A stretch of DNA of 64,000 nt, taken from contig NC_043000.1 in assembly GCF_006345805.1 (NCBI RefSeq), positions 95,914,001 to 95,978,000 of the forward strand, given 5' to 3'. Shown here piece after piece: positions 13,441 to 25,753 of this stretch (within the stretch, counting starts at the first letter, position 1; each line of letters begins with the position of its first letter). Under the pieces are notes generated by a model that searched no databases, was not told the origin of the DNA, and saw only the letters and a program-made list of their open reading frames with translations. The translations under genes were made by a program, and so were the position numbers. The DNA comes from Octopus sinensis. Lineage: Eukaryota.

Positions 13441-14121
13441 ATGTAGGAGATACTTACCTAAGGTGCCATGCTGTAGGACTAAACCCAAAACCATGTGGTT
13501 GGGAAGTGAACTTCTTAACCACACAGCCATCCCTACACTTATATGATAGATAATTTAAGCATTTAATATTTTAAACAGCTCTAAGTACTTACTAAAATGA
13601 TCCAGATTCTCAAATTAATCACTCGACTTCTTATGATCAGGCAAACTTCAACAAACAGATGACACCAGTAAAATTTAACACAGCACTCGTCTTAACCACA
13701 CTTGTAAGAGAAAGTAAACCTCAAAACAACAAATCAAATTCACAGCACAACAAACCATTCCATCCCAAGGCACAAGACAGCCTCTATGAAATAACAGTCA
13801 ATTCTTTTTTCCAAATTCTGCATTGGACAATGAACAAGTCCCTTTACTCTTTGTGGGTGGTTGGGGCACTTCAGCCATGCAGCGTATCTTGGGCAAGAAA
13901 ACCTGGCAGAGCTTTCTAGCCTCTTCCAGGCTAAACTCATTTCTACAGCTAAGTGGATTGGAACAACGTAAAATGAAGTGTTTTGCTCAAAGAACACAAC
14001 ACATCACCTGGTCCAACACCCTAACCACTAAGTCACGTGCCTCCACATAATTCTGCATTACCATCTTGAAGAACATATTAGATAATGTATTTCCAGATAC
14101 TTTTAAATAGAAGGGATCGCC

Positions 14122-14285
14122 ATTACTAGGATATCTTGGCTTATAGGTCTGCAGATCTTTTTATTACTAGGACATCTTGGCTTATAGGTCTGCAGATCTT
14201 TTTATTACTAGGACATCTTGGCTTATAGGTCTGCAGATCTTTTTATTACTAGGACATCTTGGCTTATAGGTCTGCAGATCTTTTT
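14122..14285. repeat. 41-bp tandem repeat, 4 copies
   Basis: Unit ATTACTAGGACATCTTGGCTTATAGGTCTGCAGATCTTTTT; copies near-identical. Confidence 0.95.
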
Positions 14286-15417
14286 GATCTGGAGCTAAAC
14301 AATAATACCAGTAACAACATCCCTGTAGAATTATTAGCATACCTGCACAAGTGTGTCCCTGCCGATTTTGTTTCTTCATGACCTTCAGAAAAATGCACAT
14401 TTTAAATTAGATTTTCTAAAAGTGCCTTTCAGATGGTGTAGATTACGATTATATGGGAATTTAATGTAAAAAAAAAAAAAGGGCGGGGGGTTGGCATGCA
14501 CATATACACATACTGACACATAAGTCACTTTTGCTAGTAGTGTGTATCAGTATGTATGTGAACGTGTCCACCAATTTGTTTCCCATTAAATTCCAATCAA
14601 TCGTAATTTACATCGTCTTTCAGAAAATTCCATCATCTTTGCTGAAAATTCCATTAAAAAATACTAATTTTTAAGAGGAAACAAACTTGTTTGAATTATT
14701 CGAAATTCTTCTCCGACTCACTCCGAGAAAAACTTTGACGATAAATTTCGCTATAATCAGAATTTACATAATCTGAACAGTACTTGTAAAAAAATTTCTG
14801 AAAGCTATAAGAAAACAAATTCGTGGGGAATGTACACTTATAGTCGATATGCCCCATCTGCAGCTCTCATACTGGTTTATATTGGAAAAAATTATAAACT
14901 GACAAGCTGTTCGAAAAATTGCCAAATTTCAGTTATTTTAATTATATAAACATGTTTTATATGAAACTGAAAGCAAGACCACTTGTCAACAGTGGATTGG
15001 CTGGCTGCTAAGGTTGCCTATTTGTAGTAACAAAAACGTGGTTAGAAAATGCAAATAGATATTATTACAGAAACTGCCGATATGCTAGTGTTCTTGCGTA
15101 ATATGACAAAATGTGATGTCTTTTTGTTTTGTTCCAGTGTTTGTTTTTGCAAACTTGAGGACTAGCTGAGTTAAGGCGGAGAAAACTTTTTAGTATATTG
15201 AATACGTTTCAACTAGAAGCAGATATAATCATGGAAAGTACAGTTAAAGCAAGGGAGACAACTTATTTATACGCATCAACAAGTGCGTCTCTACACAGAC
15301 ATTCAATCTACTAGAAATAGTAGCCATATTTCCTCCTCACATCACATCTTCCTGTTTAAAAAAAGTAAAGAAATTTTGAAGCCACAAAAAGAGTGGGTGG
15401 ACGGACGGATGGATGGA

Positions 15418-17000
15418 TTTGTTGAGTATATATAAAGTTTATAGAACGGTTAAAAATTTTCGGTATGCAAATTAGGGACCCCAGCATAGAATAACTACAG
15501 CATTTGTTGAGTATTTAAACAGTTTATAGAGCAGTTAAAAATTTTTGGTATGCAAATTAGGGACTCCTTCATAGAATAAATGCTGCATTTGTTGAGTATA
15601 TAAACAGTTTATAGAGTGTTAAAAATTTTTGGTATGCAAATTAGGGATCCCTTCATAGAATAACTTCTGCATTTGTTGAGTATTTAAACAGTTTATAGAG
15701 TGACAAAACTTTTCAGTTTGCAAATTAGGGACCCCAGCATAGAATAACTACAGCATTTGTTGAGTATATACAGAGTTTATAGAGCAGTTAAAAATTTTCG
15801 TTATGCAAATTAGGGACTCCTTCATAAAATAAATGCTGCATTTGTTGAGTATTTAAACAGTTTATAGAGGGATTAAACATTTTTGGTATGCAAATTAGGG
15901 TCTCTGCATAGAATAACTTCTGCATTTGTTGAGTATTTAAACAGTTTGTAGAGGAGTTAAACATTTTCAGTATGCAAATTAGGGACTCCATCATAGTATA
16001 AGTGCTGCATTTGTTGAGTGTGTATAGAGTTTATAGAGCAGTTAAATATTTTCGGTATGCAAATTAGGGACTCCTTCATAGAATATCTGCTGCATTTGTT
16101 GGGTGTTTAAACAGTTTATAGTTGGTTAAAAATTTTCAGTATGCAAATTAGGAACTCCTTCATAGAATAACTGCTGCATTTGTTGAGTATATATAGAGTT
16201 TATAGAGCTGTTAAAAATTTTTGATATGCCAATTAGGGACTCCTTCATAGAATAACTTCTGCATTTATTGAGTATTTAAACAGTTTCTAGAGCGGTTATT
16301 CCTTCGTAGAATAACTGCTGCATTTGTTGAGTATATATACACTTTTTAGTGTGTTAAAAATTTTCGGTATGCAAATTAGGGACTCCTTCATAGAATAAAT
16401 GCTGCATTTTTTGAGTATTTAAACAGTTTATAGAGGGATTAAACATTTTCGGTAAGCAAATTAGGGTCCCTGCATAGAATAACTTCTGCATTTGTTGAGT
16501 ATTTAAACAGTTTGTAGAGGGGTTAAAAATTTTCAGTATGCAAATTAGGGACTCCTGCATAGAATAACTGCTGCATTTGTTGAGTATTTAAACAGTTTAT
16601 AGAGTGTCAAAAATTTTTGGTATGCAAATTAGGGATCCCTTCATAGAATAACTTCTGTATTTGTTGAGTATTTAAACATTTCATAAAGTGTTAAACATTT
16701 TCGGTATGCATATTAAGGACTCCTGCATAGAATAACTGCTGCATTTGTGGAGTATTTAAACAATTTATAAAGTGTTAAACATTTTCGGTATACAAATTAG
16801 GGACTCCTGCATAGAATAACTGCTGCATTTGTTAAGTAATTAAACAGTTTATAAAGTGTTAAACATTTTCGGTATACAAATTAGGGACTCCTGCATAGAA
16901 TATCTGCTGCATTTGTTGAGTATTTAAACAGTTTATAGAGTGATAAATCTTTTCGGTATGCAAATTAGGGACTCCTTCATCGAATGACTGCTGCATTTGT
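15418..17000. repeat. ~85-bp tandem (minisatellite) array, ~19 units, flanked by (GGAT)n
   Basis: Unit ~TTTGTTGAGTATTTAAACAGTTTATAGAGCAGTTAAAAATTTTCGGTATGCAAATTAGGGACTCCTTCATAGAATAACTGCTGCA; periods of 85, 85 and 84 measured at 15418, 15503, 15588 and 15672. Confidence 0.95.
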
Positions 17001-17226
17001 TTTGGGTGGATGGATGGATGGATGGGTGGATGGATGGATGGATGGATGGAGTGATGGATGGATGGATGGATGAATGGATTATTAGTTTAAAACAAAATGC
17101 CTGTTAGAAATTATTTGTGTGTTTGAATTTGGATGGATGGATGGATTTTTAGCTTAAAACAAAATGCCTGTTAGAAATTATTTGTTTGTTTGAATTTGGA
17201 TGGATGGATGGATGGGTGGATGGATG

Positions 17227-17285
17227 GGGTTACCCTTGGTTTCATGTCCATAAAACGCTTAGCTTTACAGCATCTCTTCAGACCC
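17227..17285 (-). ncRNA. Type I hammerhead ribozyme, canonical core
   Basis: GGGU-CUGAAGA-G-AUG CUGUAAA GC UAA GC G UUUUAUGG A CAU-GAAA-CC AAG GGU-A-ACCC; all three stems form; GUA cleavage triplet. Confidence 0.75.
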
Positions 17286-17620
17286 TAAGTCTGTTGGCCT
17301 ATGGACTCTCTGGCAAGTGGCCTCTCTAGAAAATGGAGGAGAAAAATGCTTTGTTACTCTCAACAACAGAGATTGTTTCCCTTTAGCCATTATTCATTAT
17401 TGACCCTGTTAATATGTGGATCCCAGGTCGCCAGCCGGAATTTCCTTGCACTTCAGGAAATTCTTGCTGGTGTCCTGAGATCCACATGCTAACAGAGTCA
17501 ATTATGAATAACGGCTGGAGAGAAGCAATCCCCTGTTCTTGACATAGAGTAACAAAGTCTTTTCTTCCTCTATTTTCTAGAGAGGCCAATTGCTAGAAAG
17601 GCCATAGGCCAACAGGCTTA

Positions 17621-17678
17621 GGGTCTGAAGAAATGCTGCAAAGCTAAGCACTTTATGGACATGAAACTGAGGGTACCC
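17621..17678 (+). ncRNA. Type I hammerhead, second copy (stem I lacks one A)
   Basis: GGGU-CUGAAGA-AAUG..CAU-GAAA-CU GAG GGU-A-CCC. Confidence 0.6.
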
Positions 17679-17974
17679 ACATGAACCAGTCTTATCTATC
17701 TTTATCTATATACTCTACTGCTCCATAACATAGAGTGTGCTTCTTTTTTGGATTTATGATTTACTGACGATATGTATATATGTATATATATAGATATATG
17801 TAAATATATATATGTATATATCTCCATATATATATTTATTTATGTAATTATGTTTGTATATATATTTATGTGTGTTTGTATTTATATATGTGTATATATA
17901 TGCATATATATATATGTATATGTATATTCTATGTATATATATATATAATATATTATATATATATCATATATATC

Positions 17975-18800
17975 ATCATCATCATCATCATCATCATTTA
18001 GCGTCCGTTTTCCATGCTAGCATGGGTTGGACGGTTCAACTGGGGTCTGTGAAGCCAGAAGGCTGCATCAGGCCCAGTCTGATCTGGCAGTGTTTCTACG
18101 GCTGGATGCCCTTCCTAACGCCAACCACTCCGCGAGTGTAGTGGGTGCTTTTTACGTGCCACCCGCACAGGTGCCAGACGGAGCTGGCAAACAGCCACGA
18201 ACTGATGGTGCTTTTACGTGCCACTGGCACGGGGGCTAGGCGAGGCTGGCAATGGACACGAACGGATGGTGCTTTTACGTGCCACCAGCACGGAGGCCAG
18301 TCGGGGCGGCGCTGGCAACGGCCACGAACGGATGGTGCTTTTTGCGTGTCATCGGCACAGAGGCCAGTCGGGGCAGCGCTGGCAACAGCCACAATCGGAT
18401 GGTTTGCTTACTTGTCACCGGCACTGGTATCACAGCCGCAATTTCCATTGATGTTGATTGACTTCGATTTTGGTTCTGCTTTCTGATATCTGATTTGATT
18501 TTGATTTTGATTTATATATATATATATATATATATCATCATCGTTTAATGTCCATTTTCCATGCTAGCATGGGTTGGACGGTTCGACCGGGGTCTGGGAA
18601 CCTAGGAGGCTGCACCAGACTCCAGTCTGATCTGGCAGTGTTTCTACAGCTGGATGCCCTTCCTAACACCAACCACTCCGTGAGTGTAGTGGATGCTTTT
18701 TACGTGCCTCCGGCACAGGTACCAGGTGTGGCTGGCAACAGCCATGATTGGTTGGTGCGTTTTACGTGCCACCGGTGCATCCCACCCGTGCTAGCATGGA
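17975..18800 (-). mobile_element. Two RTE 3'UTR-only fragments
   Basis: (CAT)n ends, CCATGCTAGCATGGGTTGGACGG and GC-rich internal repeats identical in type to the RTE 3'UTR at 12200-12668. Confidence 0.8.
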
Positions 18801-18937
18801 ACTTGGGCTTTAAATGATGATGATGATATCACGGCAGTGCTCCAGCATGACCACAGCTGCATGGCTAAAACGAGTAAAAGAGTATATGTATATTTATGTG
18901 TGTATATGTGTATATGCATATATATATATATATAAAT

Positions 18938-18975
<38 letters not shown>

Positions 18976-20821
18976 ATCAATGTCCTTGTAGGGTATAATA
19001 GTAAGGTATTTCCAGAGAAGCACACAACCCAAGTTCTGGGCTGTCAATACTGTCAGGTTGCAGACCAATGCCAAAATTCTTCAAGGTTAGAAAATCCTGG
19101 TGTCACAACTGTAACACCCTTGTGTAGGCTTGGCAAAGAGTAAATTATAATCCAAATAGTAAGATGACAGAGAAATTCTTTAACACATTTTTAATGATTC
19201 GTTATAATTGTTTCTGTACCAACTCTGCTTGCTAGCAGGTGATCTATCGCACTCTACTACAAACCACATTAGTCCCCTCCACCATACACATCACCAGTAT
19301 CATCATTATTTTTATTCTTTAGCAACTGTCATGGTTATCAATTTCATTGTCTTTCCCTTTGTCTACTTAATGTTGTCACTGGTGAATGTTGGATAGTGGT
19401 AAACTGAAATAAATTTCATTAAATGAAATTTGGTATCAGGGACAATGTTATGCCAGTTTACACAAAAATTTGAAATGAAAATTACGTAATGCATACATGT
19501 ATATATGATGTATATATGTATGTGTTTGTGTATATTCTTGTCTTGACATCATGTGATGGCTGTAATTAAACATCACCGTCATGCAAGTGATGTTGTTTGT
19601 TTCCAGTCTTCTATGAAAAAAGATATCTGGCTATGGGAAATATCATCTTGGTTGAAAACAAGTGACAGTTGGTGACAGTAAGGGCATCCATTTGGAGAAA
19701 ATCTGCCTCTACAAATTCTCCTTGACCCATGCAAGTATGGAAAAGTGAGCATTAAATAAGGATGATGATGATTTATCACATATGTGTACTTTGGATCTTT
19801 TGTCCATGTTTGTTATATTGTATTTTAGGCATTATAACATTTAAGTAATGTTATAATGCCTAAGATAAAATATAACAAACATGAGATATGATTTACTCTG
19901 CCCTCAGGCAACATTGTTGTTGTTGTTTGGCCTTATCTCACCTCTGATCAGATAGACCTATGATCTAAAGCCATCCAACCATGACTCCTATCTTTTTAAG
20001 AGTTTCTGGGACTATATTATCTAATGCAACTTTCCCTACTTTTTTAGACAGTGAGTGTGATTTAAGAGACATTTGGCTGTTACTTCTAACAGACTGTGTG
20101 ACCATGTAGATGCCCTCTCTCCTAGTCCTTGGTTGTGACTTTAAGTAATGTTATATATAGATAACATTATTGTTAAGTAACCCAGAATTTATGTAATCCA
20201 GGGTGCATACATAGCTGTTTAGGGCACTGACATGGCTACATAACGCACAGATGTGGCCATGTTGGATGTCGGTGTGGCTGTGTAGGGTGTAGGCAAATGC
20301 CTTCAACTATAACTTTGAGCTGACCAAAACCTTCTGAGTGGATTTGGTTGATGGAAATTGAAAGAAGCTTGTTGTATGTGTACGTGTGTGTGTGTGTGTG
20401 TAGTTCAGTGCCTTCTTGTCTAGTTATAAATGAGCATCATCATCATCATACAAGCTATGCTTGTGAGCCAATTGTTCTTCTGCATAGGATGGCAGTAGTT
20501 ATGTGTATGTATATGTTTTTTTTTACCTAGTTAAATGGATATTTAGTTGATCAGCTTCCACTAAATCTAACTAAATTATATTCTCTTCATAAATCATATT
20601 CTCTTCCTCCAACTGATTTTTCTCATTCCCTCTCCTCTTTTATTTATTTATTTTTTTCTATCATTCTTCTGATGAAGAACTAATGACTCTTTACTTCCTT
20701 TTTAAACAATTAAATAATACAACAGTTGTTAATACTTATCCCTTGTGTTTTTTTTTCTTTCTCTATTAGTTCATTGCCTTCATAATATTTAAAATGTAGT
20801 TTTAATTTTACAATTTCACAG

Positions 20822-20968
20822 ATGAAGATGAAAAAACAATCACAGGTAAACACAATGGCTCCTCCTTGCCTATAAAACCTACTGTGTATAATCACGATGA
20901 CCGACCAATAACTCCTCTACGTCAAACATTCCCTTCAGGATCTGATATCTACAAGGAATTTGAAGATG
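20822..20968 (+). CDS. NEK11: NEK11-like internal exon (DEDEKTITG...DDRPITPLR...KEFED)
   Basis: TTTCACAG acceptor and G|GTATGT donor; 147 nt, phase 1-1, open frame. Confidence 0.8.
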
Positions 20969-22149
20969 GTATGTAATGTTCTAAAATCAGATTTTGTTTT
21001 TCAAATATCATTAAGGTCTTATAAGGTTGTCATGTACCTCCTCTATAGTTAAGATACAAGTTTCTGGTACTCTGTTATATTTTAATCTCTCGCTACCTGG
21101 TCTAAGCCATCTCCCTCTCTACTACACACCGACTCAGTAAACATTTTTGGGTTTTTTTGTTGCAGTGGGGGCTTGCAAATTACTTGGCAACCTCATTAGT
21201 GCCAGTGCCATTAAAAAAGCATGTAATACACTTTGTAAAATGATTGGCATTGGAGAGGACATTCAGCTATAGAAACCATGCCAAAACAGACACAAACTCA
21301 GCATAGTCCTACAACACATCAGATCCTCTTAACCTGTTAGCATTTAAACTGGCTATATTTGGCCAACATATTTTACCAGTTTTATGTCACACCTACCCTA
21401 CTGTGTCATTCTAAAAATAAACAATCACATCATCAAAATCTCAAACCTATGAGATAATGCATGATTAATTCAAAGACATGTGAATAAATAAGCATTACAG
21501 GTGACTGAGTAATATGAATGCTAAAGGGTTAAACCCATGCCAGCATGGAAGACAGATGTTAAATAATGAGGATGATGCTCAGAGTGAATTGTGATTGCAA
21601 TTTGATCAAATTCTATTAACAAATTCTAATTAAAAAAATTATAAAATCAGGGTGGTTGATGTTAGGAAAGGCATCCAGCTGTAAAAACCATGCTAAAACA
21701 GACACAGAAGCCTGGTGCAGTCTTCTGCCTGGTCAGCTCCTGTCAAACCATTTAACCTGTGTCAGCATGGAAGGCAGACAATAAATGATGATGATGATGT
21801 TCAAGATTTTTCATCCTATAAAAAAAAAGTAATGGGGTCAATTTATTTGACTAAAATTCTCCAAGACAGTCCCCCTAATGACTGAAATAACTAAAAGATA
21901 AAAAATAAAAAATAAAGGTATTATTTTTTTTTATTTGATTCAGTCACTTTGACTGTGGCAATGCAGGAGCATCCCCTTAAAGGGGTTTTAGTTGAAGAAA
22001 TCAACCCCAGGACTTATTCTTTGTAAGCCTTGTACTTATTCTATCAGTCTCTTTTGCCAAACTGCTAAGTTATGGGATCAGAAACACACCAGGTTCAGTT
22101 GTCAAGCGATGCCAGGTGGACAAACAGACAGACACACACAAATATAGAC

Positions 22150-22199
<50 letters not shown>

Positions 22200-22208
22200 A
22201 ATATATAT

Positions 22209-22244
<36 letters not shown>

Positions 22245-23854
22245 CATCATCATCATCATCATCGTCGTTTAACGTCCGCTTTCCATGCTAGCATGGGTTG
22301 GACGGTTCAACTGGGGTCTGGGGAGCCCGAAGGCTGCACCAGGCCAGTCAGATCTGGCAGTGTTTCTACAGCTGGATGCCCTTCCTAACGCCAACCACTC
22401 CGAGAGTGTAGTGGGTGATTTTATGTGCCACCGACACAGGTGCCAGACGAGGCTGGCGAACGGCCACGCTCGGATGGTGTTTTTATGTGCCACCGACACA
22501 GGTGCCAGACGAGGCTGGCGAATGGCCACGCTCAGATGGTGTTTTTATGTGCCACCGACACAGGTGCCAGACGAGGCTGGCAGACGGCCACGCTCGGATG
22601 GTGTTTTTATGTGCCACCGACACAGGTGCCATGCTCAGACGGTGTTTGCGGTACTGGCTACGGTCCCGTTCAGATGGTTTTCTTATGTGCCACCGGCACT
22701 GGTACCACAAGGATACAAATTCCATTGATATTCATCTATTTTGATTTGGTTTGAGCTGATTCGATTTGACTTTGATTTGATTTGCCTCAACAGGTCTTCA
22801 CAAGTGTCACAAGCAGGAAGGTATGCACAGGCGGACTGACTACGTCCCAGGTAGGGGCCACGGGTTATGGCTTCACTAGTCTTGCCGGGTCTTCTCACGC
22901 ACAGCATACTTCCATAGGTCTCGGTCTCTGGTCATTTCCATGGTGAGACCTAACGTTCGAAGGTCGTGCTTCACCACCTCGTCCCAGGTTTTCCTGGGTC
23001 TACCTCTTCCACGGGTTCCCTCAACTGCTAGGGATTGGCACTTTCTCACACACCTATCTTCATCCATTCTCGCCACATGACCATACCATCGCAATCGTCT
23101 CTCTTGCACGCAACAACTGATGCTTCTTAGGTACAACATTTTTCTTAGGGAACTAACACTCTGTCGAGTAAGTACACTGACATTACACATCCATCGGAGC
23201 ATACTGGCTTCATTCCTCATGAGCTTACGCATGTCCTCAGCAGTCACGGCCCATGTTTCACTGCCATGTAGCATGGCAGTTCGAATACATGCATCATACA
23301 GTCTGCCCTTTACTCTGAGCGAGAGGCCTTTAGTCACCAGCAGAGGTAAGAGCTCCCTAAACTTTGCCCAGGCTATTCTTATTCTAGCAGTTACACTCTC
23401 AGCGCACCCACCCCCACTACTGACTTGGTCACCTAGATAACGGAAGCTATCAACTACTTCTAATTTTTCCCCCTGGAAAGTGACGGAAGTTGTTTTCTGC
23501 AGATTTTCGGAGGTCAATGCTCCCGAGCATCTGCTACATATAAAGACTGTCTTCCCAGTTAGCCTACCTTTGACATTGCTGCACCTCTTATGTGTCCATA
23601 GCTTACACTGGGTATATCTTATAGAGTTTCTACCTACACCTTTTCTACAGATCGAGCAGGGCCATCTTCCTGAGGACATTTGTGGGTTGCCTACCTTTCT
23701 ACTTATTAGTACTTTGGTTTTAGCTAGGTTGACTCTAAGGCCCCTTGATTCTAAACCCTCCTTCCACACCTGGAACTTCTCCTCCAGTTCTGATAGTGAC
23801 TCAGCAATTAGAACGAGGTCGTCAGCATAGAGGAGCTCCCAGGGGCAACCTGTC

Positions 23855-23860
<6 letters not shown>
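22245..23860 (-). mobile_element. RTE-clade LINE 3' half with an uninterrupted ORF segment and 62-bp tandem repeats in the 3'UTR
   Basis: Stop-free FKTGCPWELLYADDL...FRYLGD...GRGRPRKTWDEVVKHDL...REKTRQD (to 22876). Inserted in the microsatellite of a SINE whose halves lie at 21930-22140 and 24110-24275. Confidence 0.93.
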
Positions 23861-23908
<48 letters not shown>

Positions 23909-25176
23909 TGCCAGTGACATGTAAAAGCATCCACTACGCTCTCAGAGTGGTTGGCGTTAGGAAGAACATCCAGCTGTAGAAACTCTGCCAGATAAGATTG
24001 GAGTCTGGTGCAGCCATCTGGTTCGCCAGACCTCAGTCAAATCGTCCAACCCATGCTAGCATGGAAAGCGGACGTTAAATGATGATGATGACGATGATAT
24101 ATATATATACATACGACAGGTTTCTTTCAGTTTCTCTCTACTAAATTCACTCATAAGTCTTTGGTCAGCCCGGGGCTATAGTAGAAGATTCTTGCCCAAG
24201 GTGCCATACAGTGGGACCGATCCTGGAACCATGTGGTTGGGAAGCAAGCTTCTTACCTCACAGCCATGCCTGTACCTATTAAGGGATTTCTTTTTTTTTA
24301 GGCGTAAAAATAATTGGAAAATATCATTTTCATCTCTGAAATGACTATTGCTTTCAGCAATAAACATGATTTATCAGGAATATTGAAATTTTACACTTAA
24401 CGGCCTTTAATAATTTAAATGTAATCTGACCACTTTTTAGGTTTTTGTAATTAACATAAATTATTAATAATTATTAACAGTATTTCATTTTTTTTTAAAT
24501 TGTCAAAACCTGTCTTTCAAAGGAAGGATGGCTTGTTGGCATAGTAACAAAATCGAAGGATTCAATTTAATTAAGAGCTTATTATTTACAGTAGAAATAG
24601 AAGTGATTTTTAACAAATATCTGGCGCTCTTCATTATATTTCTTAATAATTGATTTTCAGCCTAAGAGCTGCCTACAGTTTCTGCAATATGTCATTTCTG
24701 CAATCAGCTATTCTGTCAACAAGACAGAATAGTTAACTGCAGGTATGGTTAAAAAACAAAGCCAAAAAAAAACAAAAAAACATGTAAATATTATTGGTTT
24801 CAAATTTTGGCACAAGGCCAGCAATTTTGGGGAGGGGTTAAGTCAATTACATTGACCCCAATTCTCAACTGGTACTTATTTTATCGACCTCCAAAAAGAT
24901 GAAAGGCAAAGTCAACCTTTGTAGAATGTGAACTCAGATATAAAGACAGATAAAATGCTGTGAAGCATTTTGCCCAGAACATGTATATAATATTAGCAGC
25001 AGACATCACAAGGTGCAGGTAAATCTGTGTGGTTAAGAAGCTTGTTTCCCAACCATGTGGTCTTGGGTTCAGTTCTACTGTGCAGCACCATGAGCAAGTG
25101 TCTTTTACAATAGCCCCAAGCCAACCAAAACCTTTTGAATGGATTTAGTTGATGGAAATTGAAAGAAGCCTGTTGT

Positions 25177-25212
<36 letters not shown>

Positions 25213-25601
25213 ATCATCATCATTTAGCATTCGTTTTCCATGCTGGCATAGGTTAGACAGTTTGACTGGAACTAGTAAACTGGAGAGCTGCACCAAGCTC
25301 CAGTCTGATTTGGCATGGTTTCTATGGCTGGATGCCCTTTTTAACACCAACTACTCCAAAAGTGTTATGGGTGCTTTTTACATACCACCAGCACGGGTGT
25401 TTTTATGTGCCAGTTACATGACACCAACATCACCTTACAACAACAATTTCACTTGGTTTGACGGATCTTCTCAAGCATGGCATATCATCAAAGGTTTCAA
25501 TCACTTGCCATCACCTCTGTGAGGATCATCATCATCATTTAGCGTCTGCTTTCCAACATATATCATCATCATCATTAGCCGCCATTGTCCATGCTGATAT
25601 G

Positions 25602-25645
<44 letters not shown>

Positions 25646-25707
25646 ATATATATATCAGTCAGTAGTTCATATATCTGAAAAAGAATCCAGGTTCAAAATT
25701 TCCCCAA

Positions 25708-25753
25708 GACACCTGATGAAGGCTGGAGGGTATATCAGCTGAAACATTGTGTT
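25708..25753 (+). ncRNA. Minimal type I hammerhead, canonical core, helix III apparently CpG-decayed
   Basis: GACAC-CUGAUGA-A-GGCUG..CAGCU-GAAAC AU-U-GUGUU (ACGU changed to ACAU). Confidence 0.6.

Larger units (their letters stand above)
17227..17680. mobile_element. ~450-bp fold-back element with a hammerhead at each outer end
   Basis: Arms of ~220 bp are diverged reverse complements around an 8-nt loop at 17447-17454. Confidence 0.85.

Noticed and set aside
15418-17000. CRISPR-like or telomeric array
   Set aside because: Whole units are homologous with no unique spacers; TTAGGG occurs only once per unit.
20660-20700. Isolated CTGATGA motifs (also 46220, 52903)
   Set aside because: No downstream stem II-GAAA-NUH arrangement.
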